From: Cyanophora paradoxa CCMP329 | Taxonomy: Eukaryota; Plantae; Glaucophyta | Assembly: GCA_004431415.1 (NCBI GenBank) | Contig: QPMI01000580.1 | Coordinates: forward strand, 31,002 to 95,001 | DNA: 64,000 nt | Reading direction: 5' to 3' | Part shown: one piece after another, positions 1 to 13,200 of the stretch | Layout: every line of letters starts with the position of its first letter | Position numbering within the stretch: the first letter of the stretch is position 1 | Made by a program: the position numbers and the translations under genes | The notes under the pieces: generated by a model | Seen by the model: only the letters and a program-made list of their open reading frames with translations | Databases searched by the model: none | Told to the model about the DNA's origin: nothing

Positions 1-1049
1 AGAGTACATGCAGGGGGTGGGCAGGACTCCGGAGACAGTCGGGGCTGCCTTTCGGAGCCGGGTGGAGAAGGATCCCGAGCTTGGCAAGCATCACATGTTC
101 ATCGAGGATGCAAAGGTGGCCAGCTCGCCTCGCCTGTGGCGCCCTGACCTGATGACGGAGAGCAAGGTGCGCCAGCGCAGCTCGTGCTCCGATGCGCCAT
201 AGCTCTGCTGCTCTATCTGCTGCTCTAGTCTGTCTATCCCTTCCATTCGCTTCCCTTTCTCTTTCCTTTTTCCCTCCCCCCTGACCACCTGTGTGCTCAG
301 AACGGCCTCGTGCTCTTCATCGTCGACCTCGACGGCCTGTACTTCACCATGCGCGACGAGGAGGAGCGGGCTTTGAAGGAGTCGCCCCGCGAGGACGACA
401 TCGCGCGAGATGCGCACGCGGAGTGGGGCCGGAAGCACGTCGCCATCGTGTACGTGCGGGCGTACCTGGACGGCGCCGGCTTCAGCGCGGACCGCTTCGC
501 GGATGAGATGTTGGAGATCATGAAGATGGGCATCGGCGAGCTCAAAGAGGGTGCGCCGCCTGCGCTCGCCTTCCCCTGGCGCACCTTCCCTGGCGCGCCC
601 GCCAGCACATCCTGATGCGCTCGCAGCTCTGGCACACTCGGACCCGGAGCTGCGCCTGGCAGAGGCGTCGAGCGGCCTCTACACCGTGCTGAGGATGTTC
701 GCGGTGCGCCTCCGCGCTCCCAACGGTGCGACTGGGCTCACTCCCCAGTAAACACGTTCAGAAGGGCAACGTCGTCGGCGGCGGCATCTTTTCTCCGGCC
801 CTGCTGCATCAGCCGCGTCGACGTCCGCAGGTTCTCGAGGGCCGGTGCTCCAACCCAGACTGCCCGACGCCGGAGTCGTCCTCCGGTCGGTGGGCGTATG
901 GCCGCAAGGGCTGGCCCTCCGAAGGGCAGATCTTTTGTCGGGCCTGCTACCTGTACACAAACAAGCACAAGTGCGCTCCCCACGAGGCCTGGGACACTCC
1001 CCGCCTCATCCCCGTGGCCGCAGGGGGGAGAAGATGCGGCCACGCCTAG
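1..1049 (+). CDS. 3' part of an intron-containing host gene ending in a GATA-like zinc finger
   Basis: Exon-like pieces separated by GT..AG introns (e.g. ~166-300, ~551-627). The last ORF has CSNPDC-x-GRWAYG-x-FCRACY, a GATA-type C4 finger pattern. The start lies outside the window. Confidence 0.4.
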
Positions 1050-1156
1050 GCCTGGCCCTTGCTCACGAGGGCGAGGGCGAGGGCGAGGGCGATGGATGAG
1101 GGCGAGGGCGAGGCCGCGGCATGCCGGCGGCCTCGCGATCGAGCTCTGCTCGGGTA

Positions 1157-1617
1157 GCTCAAAGCTCAAAGCTCAAAGCTCAAAGCTCACTAGTTATATG
1201 GTGAGGCCTAAATTGAAGTAGCTCAAAGCTCAAAGCTCAAAGCTCAAAGCTCAAAGCTCAAAGCTCAAAGCTCAAAGCTCAATTGCAAAGCTCAAAGCTC
1301 AAAGCTCAAAGCTCAAAGCTCAATTGCAAAGCTCAAAGCTCAAAGCTCAAAGCTCAAAGCTCAAAGCTCAATTGCAAAGCTCAAAGCTCAAAGCTCAAAG
1401 CTCAAAGCTCAAAGCTCAAAGCTCAAAGCTCAAAGCTCAAAGCTCAATTGCAAAGCTCAAAGCTCAAAGCTCAAAGCTCAAAGCTCAATTGCAAAGCTCA
1501 AAGCTCAAAGCTCAAAGCTCAAAGCTCAAAGCTCAAAGCTCAAAGCTCAAAGCTCAATTGCAAAGCTCAAAGCTCAAAGCTCAAATTAACTTGTAAAGCT
1601 CAAAGCTCAAAGCTCAC
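1157..1617. repeat. (AAAGCTC)n heptamer satellite with interspersed AATTGC variants
   Basis: Directly visible tandem array. The KLKAQSS ORFs are its translation. Confidence 0.95.
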
Positions 1618-1835
1618 TAGTTAACGTTATATGTTGAGGCCTCAAATTGGGGTTGCAATTAATATTGGGGGGAAGACCGGCATGGCCGCAAAGGCGGCGG
1701 GCCGGCGCCGGGGGTGGGTACAGGCCGGTGCCGTGCACATGGGTCTACCCCCCGCAGAAGGCCGCTGCTCGTCCGCAGCCTGCCGCTGAGCCGCCACACC
1801 CCGGGCGAGCGCAACCCTGCGCCCTGGCGGCGGCT

Positions 1836-3508
1836 ATGGGCCGCGAGGCGAAGCGCGGCGCCGCGAAAAAGACGAAGGAGCACAAGCAACCTCGGGACAA
1901 CGATTTAGTAAAGAAGCTCGGGTGACTGCGTGCTCTCGACCCGCCGCGGCGCGCCAGCTAACTCCCTTTACCATGCAGCGACCAAGTGCGGTTGAAAGGA
2001 TTCAGGATCGTCGATGTCGTGGGGTGAGCGGCATCGCATAGCTGGAACCGCGCGGCGCGCCCTCCGGCGGCCTGCGCGCGACTGCGCACCTGGTCCGCGC
2101 GCGAGCGCTTAGGCTGACCCTCGCCGGCACGCCGCAGCGATGGCAACTGCCTCTTCCGGTCGATAGCGGACCAGCTGTGCGGCTCACAGCACCGGCACGC
2201 GGAGTACCGCAAGCGGATCATGGACTACATCGCGGCGCGGCCAGACGAGTACGCCGGCCCGCCCCGCCCCTCCCTCTCCCCCGCCCCCCCTCTGACCTCT
2301 CCTCTCATCCGCAGATACGCCCCCTTCATGGGTGCGCGCTGCGTCCCCGCCCGGCGCGCCCGCCAAGCTAGAGGCGAGCTGATGCTGCTGGGCGGGGAAC
2401 GGGCAGAGGATGACAAGAGCTTCGAGCAGTACGTGGGGGAGATGCAGGAGGACGGGGAGTGGGGCGGGCAGCTCGAGATCGTCGCCGCCTGCAACGCCTA
2501 CCGCGTCAACGTCGTCATCCACCAGGTCGACAGCCCCGCCTGGTCTGCCCCGCCCCGCCCCAGCCCGGCCCCGGCCCCCTCGTCCCGCTGCCTTCGACGC
2601 TGTAGCAGGGAGATCGTCAACTTCGAGCGGGCCCCGACCATGCACCTCGCCTACTTCTCCCACGAGGCCCGCCCGCGCACTCCGCCCGCGTGCGCCCGCG
2701 CCGCCGGCGCCGGCGCCGACGCGGGCGCAGCACTACGGCAGCGTGCGCTCGCGGGAGCAGGCGGGGGACTCGGAGCCGGCCATCTCGACGCTCCCGCCTG
2801 CGCGCACGGCCGGGGGGCCCGGGCCCGGGTGGGGGCGGGGCCGCGGATGAGCGAGGAGGAGGCGGCGGTGTGCCGGGCCTCGGGCTGCGAGGACCTCGCC
2901 CGCATCCGCGAGGCCATCGACGAGGCAGCCGGCCCTGCCCGCCCACTCCGCCCCACCCCGCCCCTGACGCCCGCCCGGCGGCCCGCCCCGCGCAGTGCTG
3001 CGGCGACGTCGACGCGGCGGCGGAGCTCCTCACCTTCCGCAGTGCGCGCCCCGCGCGCCGTGGGGACGCCCCTCCTCCTTCGCCCTGCCCGCCCACCGCG
3101 GCCCCGCCCGCAGTGCGCAGCAGGGGCGGGCCGGGCCTCATCAACAGGGGGCCCCCGCCGCCGCCGCCACGGGCCCCCTCTCCGCCGCGCTCCGTGTGAG
3201 CTTGGGCCCGCCCCGCGGCGCGCGCGCTGCTGCTGAGGCCGGCGGCGGGCGCGGCGGCGGCAGGCGGGAGGAGAAGGGGAACAAGAAGCTCTCGAACCGG
3301 CAGCGGCAGCAGCAGGAGAAGGAGCGCCGGCGCGCCTTCGAGGCCGAGGTCCGTCCCCCCCGGGCCCGCCCCCGGCCGCCCGGCCCCCGCAGCTGCAGCA
3401 CGCCGGCTGAGGGCGCCGCGGCGGCAGGCGGCGCGGCGGCAGCGGAGCGACCACGACGCACAGGGGGCGGAGGAGCTCGGGGCCTACATGGGTGCCCTGC
3501 GCCTGTAG
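1836..3508 (+). CDS. OTU-domain deubiquitinase (OTUD3-like), multi-exon
   Basis: Spliced reading gives DGNCLFRSIADQL (catalytic Cys), EWGGQLEIVA and LAYFSHE|HYGSVR (catalytic His). ATG at 1836 and TAG at 3506-3508 are inferred. Confidence 0.85.
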
Positions 3509-3787
3509 GCCGACGATCTGTTGCGTCAATTGCACGGCGGCATACCGCTGAGCTCGGCAGCTGGAGTTCAACTTGCGCTTAAGTTGGGCACTGCGGCACG
3601 CGTACGGGGTGGGCATACGCACAGCTGCCAGGCTGCGGCTCGAATCCTCGTGGCGCCGGTTACGGGTTCCCCGTTCAAAACACGGCGCGGCGGCACCACG
3701 GCCGAGAGCCTCGGAGCAAACGATAGCACGCGCTAACATCGGGAAAGCGTCTAGAGAGCCAAGCGAACTCGTAGCGGATAGCGGGCG

Positions 3788-6700
3788 ATGAGGGCCGCGC
3801 CGGCGCCCGGCGGCCCATCGAGGCCTGCAGCCGCGAAGCCGCCGATGCTGAACGCGGCGGGCCTGAAGGGAGGCGCGCTGACAGCCAAGCAAGTCCAGCG
3901 TCTCGGCGGGAAGAAGCCCGTGAAGAGCGCCGGGCGCAACGCCAGCTCGTCGGCCCCCGCCGATGCGCCGATTGCCGTGGGCGGATTTTCGAAGCAGACG
4001 CAGGAGCTAACGGCAGCTCTCGCCGCCGCCGTGCCGGAAGCGCCAGCGTGGAGGTTCCCAGCAACGAAGGAGGTCCGGGGGCGCGAGCTCGAGCCACCCC
4101 TAGCGTAGCTAAGGGGCACGCGCGCAGGGATACGAGTGGCTGGAGAAGCTGGGCGAGGGCGGCTTCGGCTCTGCCTGGAAGGTCAAGCGGAAGAGTGCGC
4201 GGCGCCGTGCGAGCGGGCCGGGGGCGCCGGCGCGGCCCGACCCCGCGGCGCAGGCGACGGGGCGGTCTTCGTGTGCAAGACGATGAAGGTGACGGAGATG
4301 GGGAGGAACACGCTCGAGGCGGCCGTCAACGAGGCGCGCCGGCCGCCCCGCCCCGCGCCCCGCGCACCGCACCCAGCCCCGCGGCGGCGCTGAGAGGCGG
4401 GGCGCGCAGGTCAAGATCCTCGCCTCGTGCAACTCGCCCTTCGTGATCCGCTACTACACCTCCTTCGTCCAGGACGACACCATCCACATCATCATGGGTG
4501 CCCGCGCCCGCCCCCCGCTCCGCCCGCGCCGCCCCGCGCCGCGCGGGACGCGGGGGGGCCCGGCAGAGTACGCGGAGCGGGGTACACTGGCGCAGAAGCT
4601 GCGGGCGCAAAGCCACGCGGGGTTCTTCCCCGAGATCACCGTCTGGCGTTACGTGCGCGGGGCCCCGCGTACCCCCGCCGCCCCCTCCTCCCCCTGCTCA
4701 CCGCCCCGCCCCTTCCCCTGCAGTTCATCCAGATAGCTCTGGGCCTGTGGCGTGCGCCGCGCGCCCCGCGCACCTCGCCCCGCACGCGGGCTCAGCGGCG
4801 GGGCGCGCAGACATCCACTCGAAGCACGTGATCCACCGCGATGGTGCCTCTACCCCATTCCCCTGCCGCGTGCTCGCCTGTACCCCCATCTGACATCCCC
4901 CACCCCCTCCAGTGAAGCCCTCGAACGTGCTGGTCGACGCGGACGACACGCTCAAGGCGCGCCCCGCCCGCCGTACCCCCCTCGAGCCTCCCCCCCTCCC
5001 CTCGGGCGATGCGGCGCCGCGCGCAGCTGAGCGACGTGGGGTGGGCGATGGAGATGACGCAGCGGCGGGTGTGGACGGGCCTGCGCGTGGGCACCCTCAT
5101 CTACATCAGCCCCGAGGTCTCCGCGGGGCGCCCCTACAACGGTCCCCGCCCCCCGCCCCGCCCCGCCCCTGCCCGGCGCAGCCAACGCCCCGCCGCAGAG
5201 GCGAGCGACGTGTGGGCGCTCGGCTGCACCCTCTACGAGCTCGCCGCGCTCCGCCACGCCTTCGGCGCCGCCAACAAGGCCCGCCCCCCCGCCTCCCCCG
5301 CCCCTCCGGGCGGCGCGGCGTGAGGGGCGGGGGTGGGGCAGCACGCGCTGTTCGCGGCGATCCAGAAGGGGGCGTACAAGCCCATCAGCAAGCGCTACAG
5401 CCCGGAGCTCGCCGCCCTCGTCGCCGCCTGCCTCGCGCGCCACGGCCCCCACCCCGCCCCCCACCCCGGCCCCGCTGAGCGGGCCGGGCGGGGCACAGAC
5501 GCTGGACCCGGCGGCGCGGCCGACGCTGCCGGACATCCTCACCCGCCCCGAGGTCGCCGCCAAGGTCGGCCCCGCCGCCCCGAGCTCGAGTCTGCCGCCG
5601 CGCCGGCGACGCCCCCGGCCGCGGCAGGCGCGCGTCCTCGGCATCCCCCTCCCCGACCTCGCCCCGCCCCCGCGCCCCTCCCGGCCCCCCTCCGGTGCCC
5701 TCCCCCGCCCCCGCCCCGCCCCGCCCCGCCCTGCCCCAGTCTCGCTCGCGCCGAGTGGCTGGCGCCGCAGCCGTCCGCATCGGGCCCGGCGCGCTCGAAA
5801 TAATCCCGCCCGCCCCGGCTCCTCCCGCGAGGGCCCCGCGTGCGCTGCGTTCCTCTCCTCGCCCCCGCTCCGCGCCGAGTGGGGCCGGTGCAGGAGCTCG
5901 CGGCACTCCGGGGGTACAGCAGCGGGGCGGGGAGCCCGGCGGGGCGCTCGGGCCGGGGCGCCGGCTCGCAGCGGGCCCCGGGAGCCCCTCCCCCGCTCCC
6001 CCGCCTCCGCCGCCTCCTCCTCCGCGCCCGCCCCCGCCCCGGGGCGCGCCTCGGCCTCGGAGCCGCCGCAGTCGCCCAGCGACCCCGCGCAGCCGCCGAA
6101 GACGCTCATGGAGCGGTGCGCCGCCCCGGCCCCCGCCTCCTCCCCCGCCGCCGCGAGCGAGCGCCGGGGCGCAGATACCACGAGCTGCGGACGGGGCGGC
6201 GCCTCGAGTGGGTAGCCCGCGCCATGCTCCGCTGGGGCATCGCCGCCGAGCCGGCCGCCGTGCGCCCGCCCCCCCGCCCGGGGCCTCGCCGCGCGGCGCG
6301 GCGCGTGAAAAGGGCGGCGGGGCGGGGGCAGGTGCGGGGCCTGCAGAGCGTGGAGGGGCGCGCCCGCGCCGACGACCGCCTCCGCCGCATCGAGGCCGCC
6401 CTCCGCGTCCGCCCCGTACCCCCCGCCCCCTGCCCCGCACCGCCCCGTAACCCGCCCACGCCTCTCCCAGGAGGCCGTGGGGGACGTCTCGGGGGACTAC
6501 GCGTCCCGCTTCGGGCCCGACGAGGCGTTCGTGCGCGCCCTCGACGCCTTCAGCGTGCGCCGTACCCCCCTCCCCGCCGCGCCCCGCACCCGGACGGGGC
6601 CGACCGGGGGCGGGGCCAGTACGTGGCGGCGTTCAACAAGTTCGGGGGCCAGCCAGTGCCTTCCCTCCTGGCCGCGGTGCGCCGGGCCCCTGCCCGTTCC

Positions 6701-6907
6701 CCCCGGCCAGCGGCCAACGCGACAGGGGGCGAGGGCAGTGCGGGGAGCGGGCGGAGCGAGTGGCGGCGGGGGCGGCGGAGGCGCAGCGGGCAATGGAGGA
6801 GGGGGAGGCCCGCTTCCCCGACATGTTCCGCATGCTCTACCGGTGCCCGCCCCGCCCCGCCCCCGCCGGCCGCCGCTGACCCCCCCGACCCCGCCCTCGC
6901 AGGCTAG
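3788..6907 (+). CDS. NIMA-related (NEK-like) Ser/Thr kinase with long C-terminal extension, multi-exon
   Basis: LGEGGFG, VCK, NE|VKIL, IRYYTSF, MEYAERG, IHRD-VKPSN, SDVG, GTLIYISPE, SDVWALGCTLYEL, YSPEL: a NEK-type catalytic domain. Gene ends are approximate. Confidence 0.85.
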
Positions 6908-7285
6908 TCCAGGAGTGCTTGAACCCCGCCGGCGCGAGCCCGCAGCGGCCCACCCCCGCCGCCCCGCAACAGTAGTGCAGGAACACGCAGCGCAGAAATG
7001 CTCGAACGAATCGGATTCCGTGAGACCTCCTGCGCCTTGGATCCAGATCTAGACTGAGATGCGCGCGCGCGCGCGGGCGCGCGCAACGACCGCGGTCCCC
7101 CCGAGCTCGGGGTCCAGCCCGCTAGCCCCACTGCGAAGCGAGCCGCGGTGGAGACCGTGAAGCCAGCGGCAGGGACTCTGCACGCGACACAGCGCTTGTG
7201 GATCCATAAACGCATTCGATCACGAGATCGATGCGGGGCCTTCTGCTGCGGGCTAGTCTGCACTCCACGACAGCTCACATCGAGC

Positions 7286-10200
7286 TCACATCTCGCCCTC
7301 GAAGCCCTCCTGGTCGTCCCCCGGCCCCGCGGCGGCCTCCTCCTCGTCGTAGCGGGGGGCCGGGGGCGCCCCGCGGGGCCGCCGCCCCGCCCCGGGCCCC
7401 GCCTCGGGGGCGGGCTCGGGGGCGTCGGCGACGTCGAAGGGGACGTCGTACTGCTGGTCGAGCCCGACGTAGGCGTCCGAGACGAGGTACAGGGTGAACC
7501 GGTGCCGCCCCGCCGCCGGCGGCGCCAGGAAGCGCAGCGGGGCGCGCGTCGTGGACCCCGGCCGCAGCGCCAGCCGCTTCAGCGCCACCAGCTCGCCCCC
7601 GGCCGAGATGCCGCTGGGGGGCGGGCCGAAGGAGGGGTTTCCGACCACCGCGAACCAGCCCTCGTCCTTCGGCTTCGGGAAGCGCCCCGTGGCGATCTTG
7701 AGGGAAGACCGAGACTCCCGCGTCACCTGCGCCCCCCCGCCTCGCCCCGACTCGCAAGGGGAAGGATGGGGAGGGGGGTACGCACCTCGACGACGACGGC
7801 GGCCTCGGTGCCCGGGCGGGGCACGCGGGGCTCGAGGCGCCAGCGGACGGAGACGGAGGGGAGGCGGGCGGCGGCGGCGGCGGCCTCGTCGGCGGGCGGG
7901 GCGGGAGGGCGGCGCGGAGGGCGGCGGGGCGGCGGTCGGGGGGCAGGGCGAGGAGCTCGGGGAGGCAGGAGACGCCGGCGGCGGCGAGGGCGGGCAGGTG
8001 CTCCCGCTCCACGTGGGGCAGGCACGCCAGGCCGCCCCCGCAGGCGCCGAGGAAGCGGCCCTGCATCACCATCTGGGAGAGGTGCAGCGTCTGCAGCGCC
8101 GTATCCAGCGCCCCGCAGTCCGCCGCCACGTCCAGCATCGCCTGCGCCGCCATCAGCGGGGGAGGAAGAGGCGGGGGGAGGCGGGGGGGCGGGCCTGGAG
8201 GATGCGGACGGAGTTGTCGAGGACGGCCTTCGTGTCCGTCGCGTAGTCGGCGACGGGGAGCGCGGCGCGGGCGAAGTGCGCCTGCAGCAGCAGGCAGGCC
8301 TTCACGTGCGGCGAGTCGGCCCGCCGCGGGTCGATCCCCCACGGCACCGCCTTGGCCAGCTGCGGGGCGGCTCAGCAGGAGGGGGAGGAAAGGCAGAGAG
8401 AGGGGGGAACGCGGCGGGCCTGGAGGTTGAGGGCGTCCTCGTTGTGGCGGACGGGCAGCTCGGCGTACTCCTCCGCCGCGCAGAGGATCTCCAGCAGCTC
8501 GGGCAGCGCGGCCGGACCCGCGCCGAGGCGCTGGTGGAGCATGGCCGCCGTGCGGTAGTCGAGGTAGTAGAAGGAGGCGACGCGCCCCAGCGTCGTGGGC
8601 CGCAGCGCGTCCCCCTCGAGCTCGAGGCAGCCGGCGTGCTGGAGGTCCGCCGTGGCGCGCTCGACGAGGGCGGAGAGGTGCCGCTCGATGCCGCCGCGGC
8701 TGGCGTCCTGGAGGTGGTAGAAGGAGGGGTTCATGACGAGGCGCCGGAAGAAGTAGGTCCACGTCAGGTAGTCCAGCGCGTCCTGCGGGGCGCTCAGAAA
8801 GGGGGCGAAGCGGGAGTGGAGCCCGCGCCTGGCGGGAGGCGATGGTGCCGGCGGCGGCCTCGGCGTTGAGGTGGTTGTGGAGGACGGCGGGGAGGGAGGA
8901 CTCGACGGGGAACGGCTCGTACAGGAACTTCTTGTAGAAGTTCTTCTTCGCGTCTGGGGGGTACCGGCTCAGAGGGGGATGGGAGGGGGGCGCGGGGAGG
9001 GGGTACGGCGCGCCGTGGAGGAGCACGACGGCGACGCCCGTCGCGTCGAACTGGGGGCGCCCCGCGCGCCCCATCATCTGCCCCCCGGGCTAAGACGGGG
9101 CCCTCAAAGCTCGCTCGGGGGCCGCGGGGGTACCTGGAGGACGTCGGTGATGGGGTAGTCGACGTAGCGCCGCGTCTTCGCGTCATAGTACTCCGTGCCC
9201 TGTGCCCCACGTGAGGGGAGGCGGGGGCGGGGGCGGAGCGGGGCGGGGCGGGCCTTGACGACGACGAGGTGGGCGGGGAAGTTGACCCCCCACGCCAGCG
9301 TCGACGTCGAGACCAGCACCTGCAGCCCCTTCAGGGGGGGGGGGGGGAAGAGGCGGCCGGGGGTACGGTCACGCGCCTGGATCTTCTCGTTGACGAAGAG
9401 CTCCTCGACGAGGGCCTTGTCGCGCTCGTGTAGGCCGGCGTGGTGCAGCCCGATGCCGAACGCCAGCGTGTGCTTCAGGCTCGCGTCGCGCACCCCCGAC
9501 GCCTCGAGCAGGCCCTCGAGCTCCTCGGGGGCCATGCGGAGGAAGCGCCGCGGGCGCTCGTCGGCGGCCGCGAAGGCGACCAGGTCCAGCGCCGTGAGGC
9601 GCGTCTGCCGCCGCGACGACACGAAGACCAGCGCCGGCTGCCCCGCGCGGCTGAGGACGGAGCCGAGGAGAGCGGGGCGGGGCCGGGGCGGGGCGGGGCG
9701 GGACCTTCTCGCCGGCGTGCTGGACGATGGAGGCGTACGTCGGCTTGTTCATCGTCGCCATGCGGGGGCAGTAGTGCTTGCCGGGGAAGCCCTGGCCCCG
9801 AATCAGAGCCGGGACGGGAAGGGGGAAAGGGGGGTAGAGGGGGGCGGGGGGGGGGGGGGTACCTGAACGTGGACCTCGAGGGGCACGGGGCGCACCGCCG
9901 GGCGGAAGTTGAAGAGGCCCTGCGCGGCCTGTGAGGGGGGGCGGGGCGGGGGAGCGATGCGGGGCCGGGGGCGCCTGGGTGTCGATGGCGAGCCAGTCGG
10001 CGAGGTCGCGGGCGTTGGCCATGGCGGTGGAGAGCCCCACGAAGCGCACCGGCGCCGCCGTCTGGCTGCTGATGTACCGCATCCGCGACACGATCTGCCG
10101 CCGCCCGCGCGGGGCCGCTCGTTCGTCGGGGGAGGCCGCGCGGACGCCGCGCTGAGGAGGGCGAGGGGGAGGGGCGCACGACTTCGAGGATGGGCCCGCG

Positions 10201-13200
10201 GTCGCCGCCGAGGAGGTGGATCTCGTCGATGATCACGAGGCCGACCTTCTTCACGTACGAGCGGTTCTGCCAGTGCCGCGAGACGCCGTCCCACTTCTCC
10301 GGCGTCGTGCAGATGACGTCGGCGTTCAGCAGCGCGTGCAGGTCCGGCGTCACGTCTGCCCAGCGTCGCGTGGCGTGAGGCGCGGGGCGGCAAGAGGTCG
10401 CGGGGAGGGGGCCGGGACGGGTGCACCGCCGGTGAGCTCGACAAGGCCCTTGCCGAGGCGGCCGGCGAGGCGGACCTTCCAGTCCTCCATCCGCTCCCGC
10501 ACCAGCGCCTTCAGCGGCCCGATGTAGATCACCTGCCCGCGTGTGAGACAGGCGCGGCGGAGCCGGGGCGGAGGGTGGAGCGGGGCCAGCGCGCGCCTTG
10601 CGGCCGGGGTGCTCGCGGAAGACGCGGAGCATGGCGAGCTCGGCGACGACGGTCTTGCCGGAGCCCGTGGGGGCCCCCAGCAGCACGTTCACGTCCGTGT
10701 GGTACAGCGTGTGGAACACCTGCCACGGCGAGCGAGCTCGAGGTCAGCCGACCCCGCGCGGGCGCAGCGCGGCTTGGAGCGCCTGGGTCTGGACGGGGTT
10801 GAAGTGGGAGAAGGTGTACAGCGACTCAAAGGTCGGGTCCTGGGCGCCGCGTGAGGGGCGAGGCGAAGGGAAGGGACGGAGGGGCGGGGGGACCTGGAGG
10901 GCGGAGCGGGGGAGCGGGGCGAGGTCGAGGAGGTCGGTTTGCGGCGGGTGCTTCTCCGGCAGGATCAGCTGCGGAGAGGGAGGAGGGGCGGCGTCAGGCG
11001 GGGCGGGGCGGGGCGGCTGGGCCGGGGGCGGGGCGGGCGCGGGGGCGGACGGAGGAGAGGGCGATCTCGGCGTGGGCCTCGGCGTGGAGCCAGCGGTCGG
11101 AGACGGCCCGCACGAAGTACTGCGGCGGCATCGGCTCGAAGAGCGGCACCGTGAAGTCCAGCGTCTGCGCCTCCTCCTTCGCCTTCTGCTCGCGTCGTCG
11201 GGTCGGCGCGGGCGTCGAGGCGCGGGGGGCGGGGGCGGGGGCGGGCCCTGTGGAGGAGGAAGTACTCGGAGTGGTAGATGTGCTCGTTCTCGGCGTCCTC
11301 CACCCAGATCCACCACCCCTCCGCGCTCCCGTGCTGCCGCTCGTTCCACTCGAACTCCGCCGTGATCGCTGCCGCCGCCCCGGGGCCTCGGCGGGCGGGC
11401 AGGATGCGGGCGGGGGCGGGCGGCTCACTGAGGACGACGCGGAGGACGGTGCGGGTGATGGGCTGAACGAGGGGGGAGAGGGCGAGGGCGGGGAACTGGC
11501 GGACGAGCTTGGCGATGCGGGGCCCGGCCGCCGGGTGGCTCACGAGGCGCCCGACCTCCGCCTCGCTCATGTCCCGCAGCCGCTCCACCGTCGCCTGCGG
11601 CCCGGCGCTCAGGCCGCGCGGGGCGCGCGCTTTGGCTTGCAATCGCGCACGCCGCGGGTCTCGAGCTTGACGATGACGTCGGGGGGCAGGATCTCGAACT
11701 GGCGGAGGGGCGTGTGGTCCGGCCAGACGCGCCGCTCGATGCACTTGCACAGCGTCAGCAGCTTGTCCGTGAGGCTCGTCCACCCCCGGCCCCGCACGAT
11801 CTCGAAGAGCGCCCGGCAGATGCTGCGCCAGCGCCTCAGCGCCCCGCCCCGCCCGGGGGCCCCGAGCAGCACGGCGGGCGGGCACCGGCCGGCGGACTGG
11901 ACGATGTAGGCGGTGTCGGTGATGAGGGTGAAGCTCTCGAGGAAGGCGCGCGCCACGTACGCCTGCAGCAGAATGCCTGGCCCCGCCCCGCGTCGGAGGG
12001 GCGGGGCGGGGCGGGGGCGGGGCTGGCTGGCGGGGCGGGGCGGACTGGTCTTGGCGCGCTCGGCGTCGAGGCCGTGCTTGGGGGGGTACTCGCACGCCTC
12101 GTGCAGCAGCCGCTCGAGCTGCCGGCGCGCGCATTGGCGCCTCAGAGGGCGGCGCTGGCCCAGCCCCGCCCCCCGCCCCCCGGCCCTCGCCCCGCACCTC
12201 GGGGAGCTCGTCGTCGCGGGTCTGCACGTGGGCGAACTCGTGCGCCGCCGCCACCAGCGAGATCAGCTCCGCCTCCGTCATGTGCTGCGAAGCCGCGTAA
12301 GGGCGGGGTCGCCGGGGCGGCGGCGGGGCGGGGGAGGGGCGGGGAGGGGCGGGCCTGCTTGAGGCGCTCGTTCCAGGCCTCGACGGTCTCGTTCTCGATG
12401 TAGTAGTGGGAGGCGACGCGCCCCAGCTCCGTCACCCCCAGCGCCCCGCTCTTCTCCCCGAACCGCAGCATCTGCCACGCCGGCGGCTCGGCCCGGCGAG
12501 CCGGCCGGGCCGAGGCGGGGCGGGGCGCCCTCGCGGCGGACCTGGCAGGCGTGGAGGCGCTTGGCGGCGAGCTCGACGAGCTCGCGGCGCTTCGCGGAGA
12601 GCGATGGGTCCATCTCCTTCTCGTGGTACGTGATCCCTGCGGGAGGCGCTGAGCGGCGGCTTTGACGCCCTTTCCCCTCATCCTCCTGCCGGGCGGACCG
12701 TAGACCATGGGGTTGCGCATCATGCGGACGTAGAGGTACGTGTACGAGATCCACTCGCACGCCTCCCGCACGTTCGTCACCGTCCCCAGCACGCACTCCG
12801 CGTTCAGGTGGTCCGCCAGCTTCTTGATGAACTGCGCCCGCCGCCCCGCCCGCGCCTCAGCGGGCGGGCGGGGAAGAGAGGGAGGGGCGCCCCGGGGCGG
12901 GCCTGGCTCTCGATGGGCATGGCGTGGTTGAGGAGGTCGAGGTAGTGCTTGAGCTTGTCGTGCGCCGTGATCAGGATCGCCTCCCCGCTCGTGTCGTACT
13001 GCGGCCGCCCCGCCCGCCCGAAGATCTGCCCCGCTCCCCGCTCAGGGCGAGCGAGAGGGGGCGGGGGGGCGGGCGGGGGCGGGCCTGCATGACGTCGAGC
13101 ATGGAAAGCTCCGTGAACGTCCCCTTCTGCGCGTCGTACACCTGCGCCGGCCCGCGAAGGTGAGCCCGGGCCGTCCGAAGGGGCGCGCCGGCCTCGGGGG

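Noticed and set aside
1283-1624. KLKAQSS repeat proteins, or a telomeric array
   Set aside because: These ORFs are translations of the heptamer satellite, which is internal and not a G-rich telomere motif.
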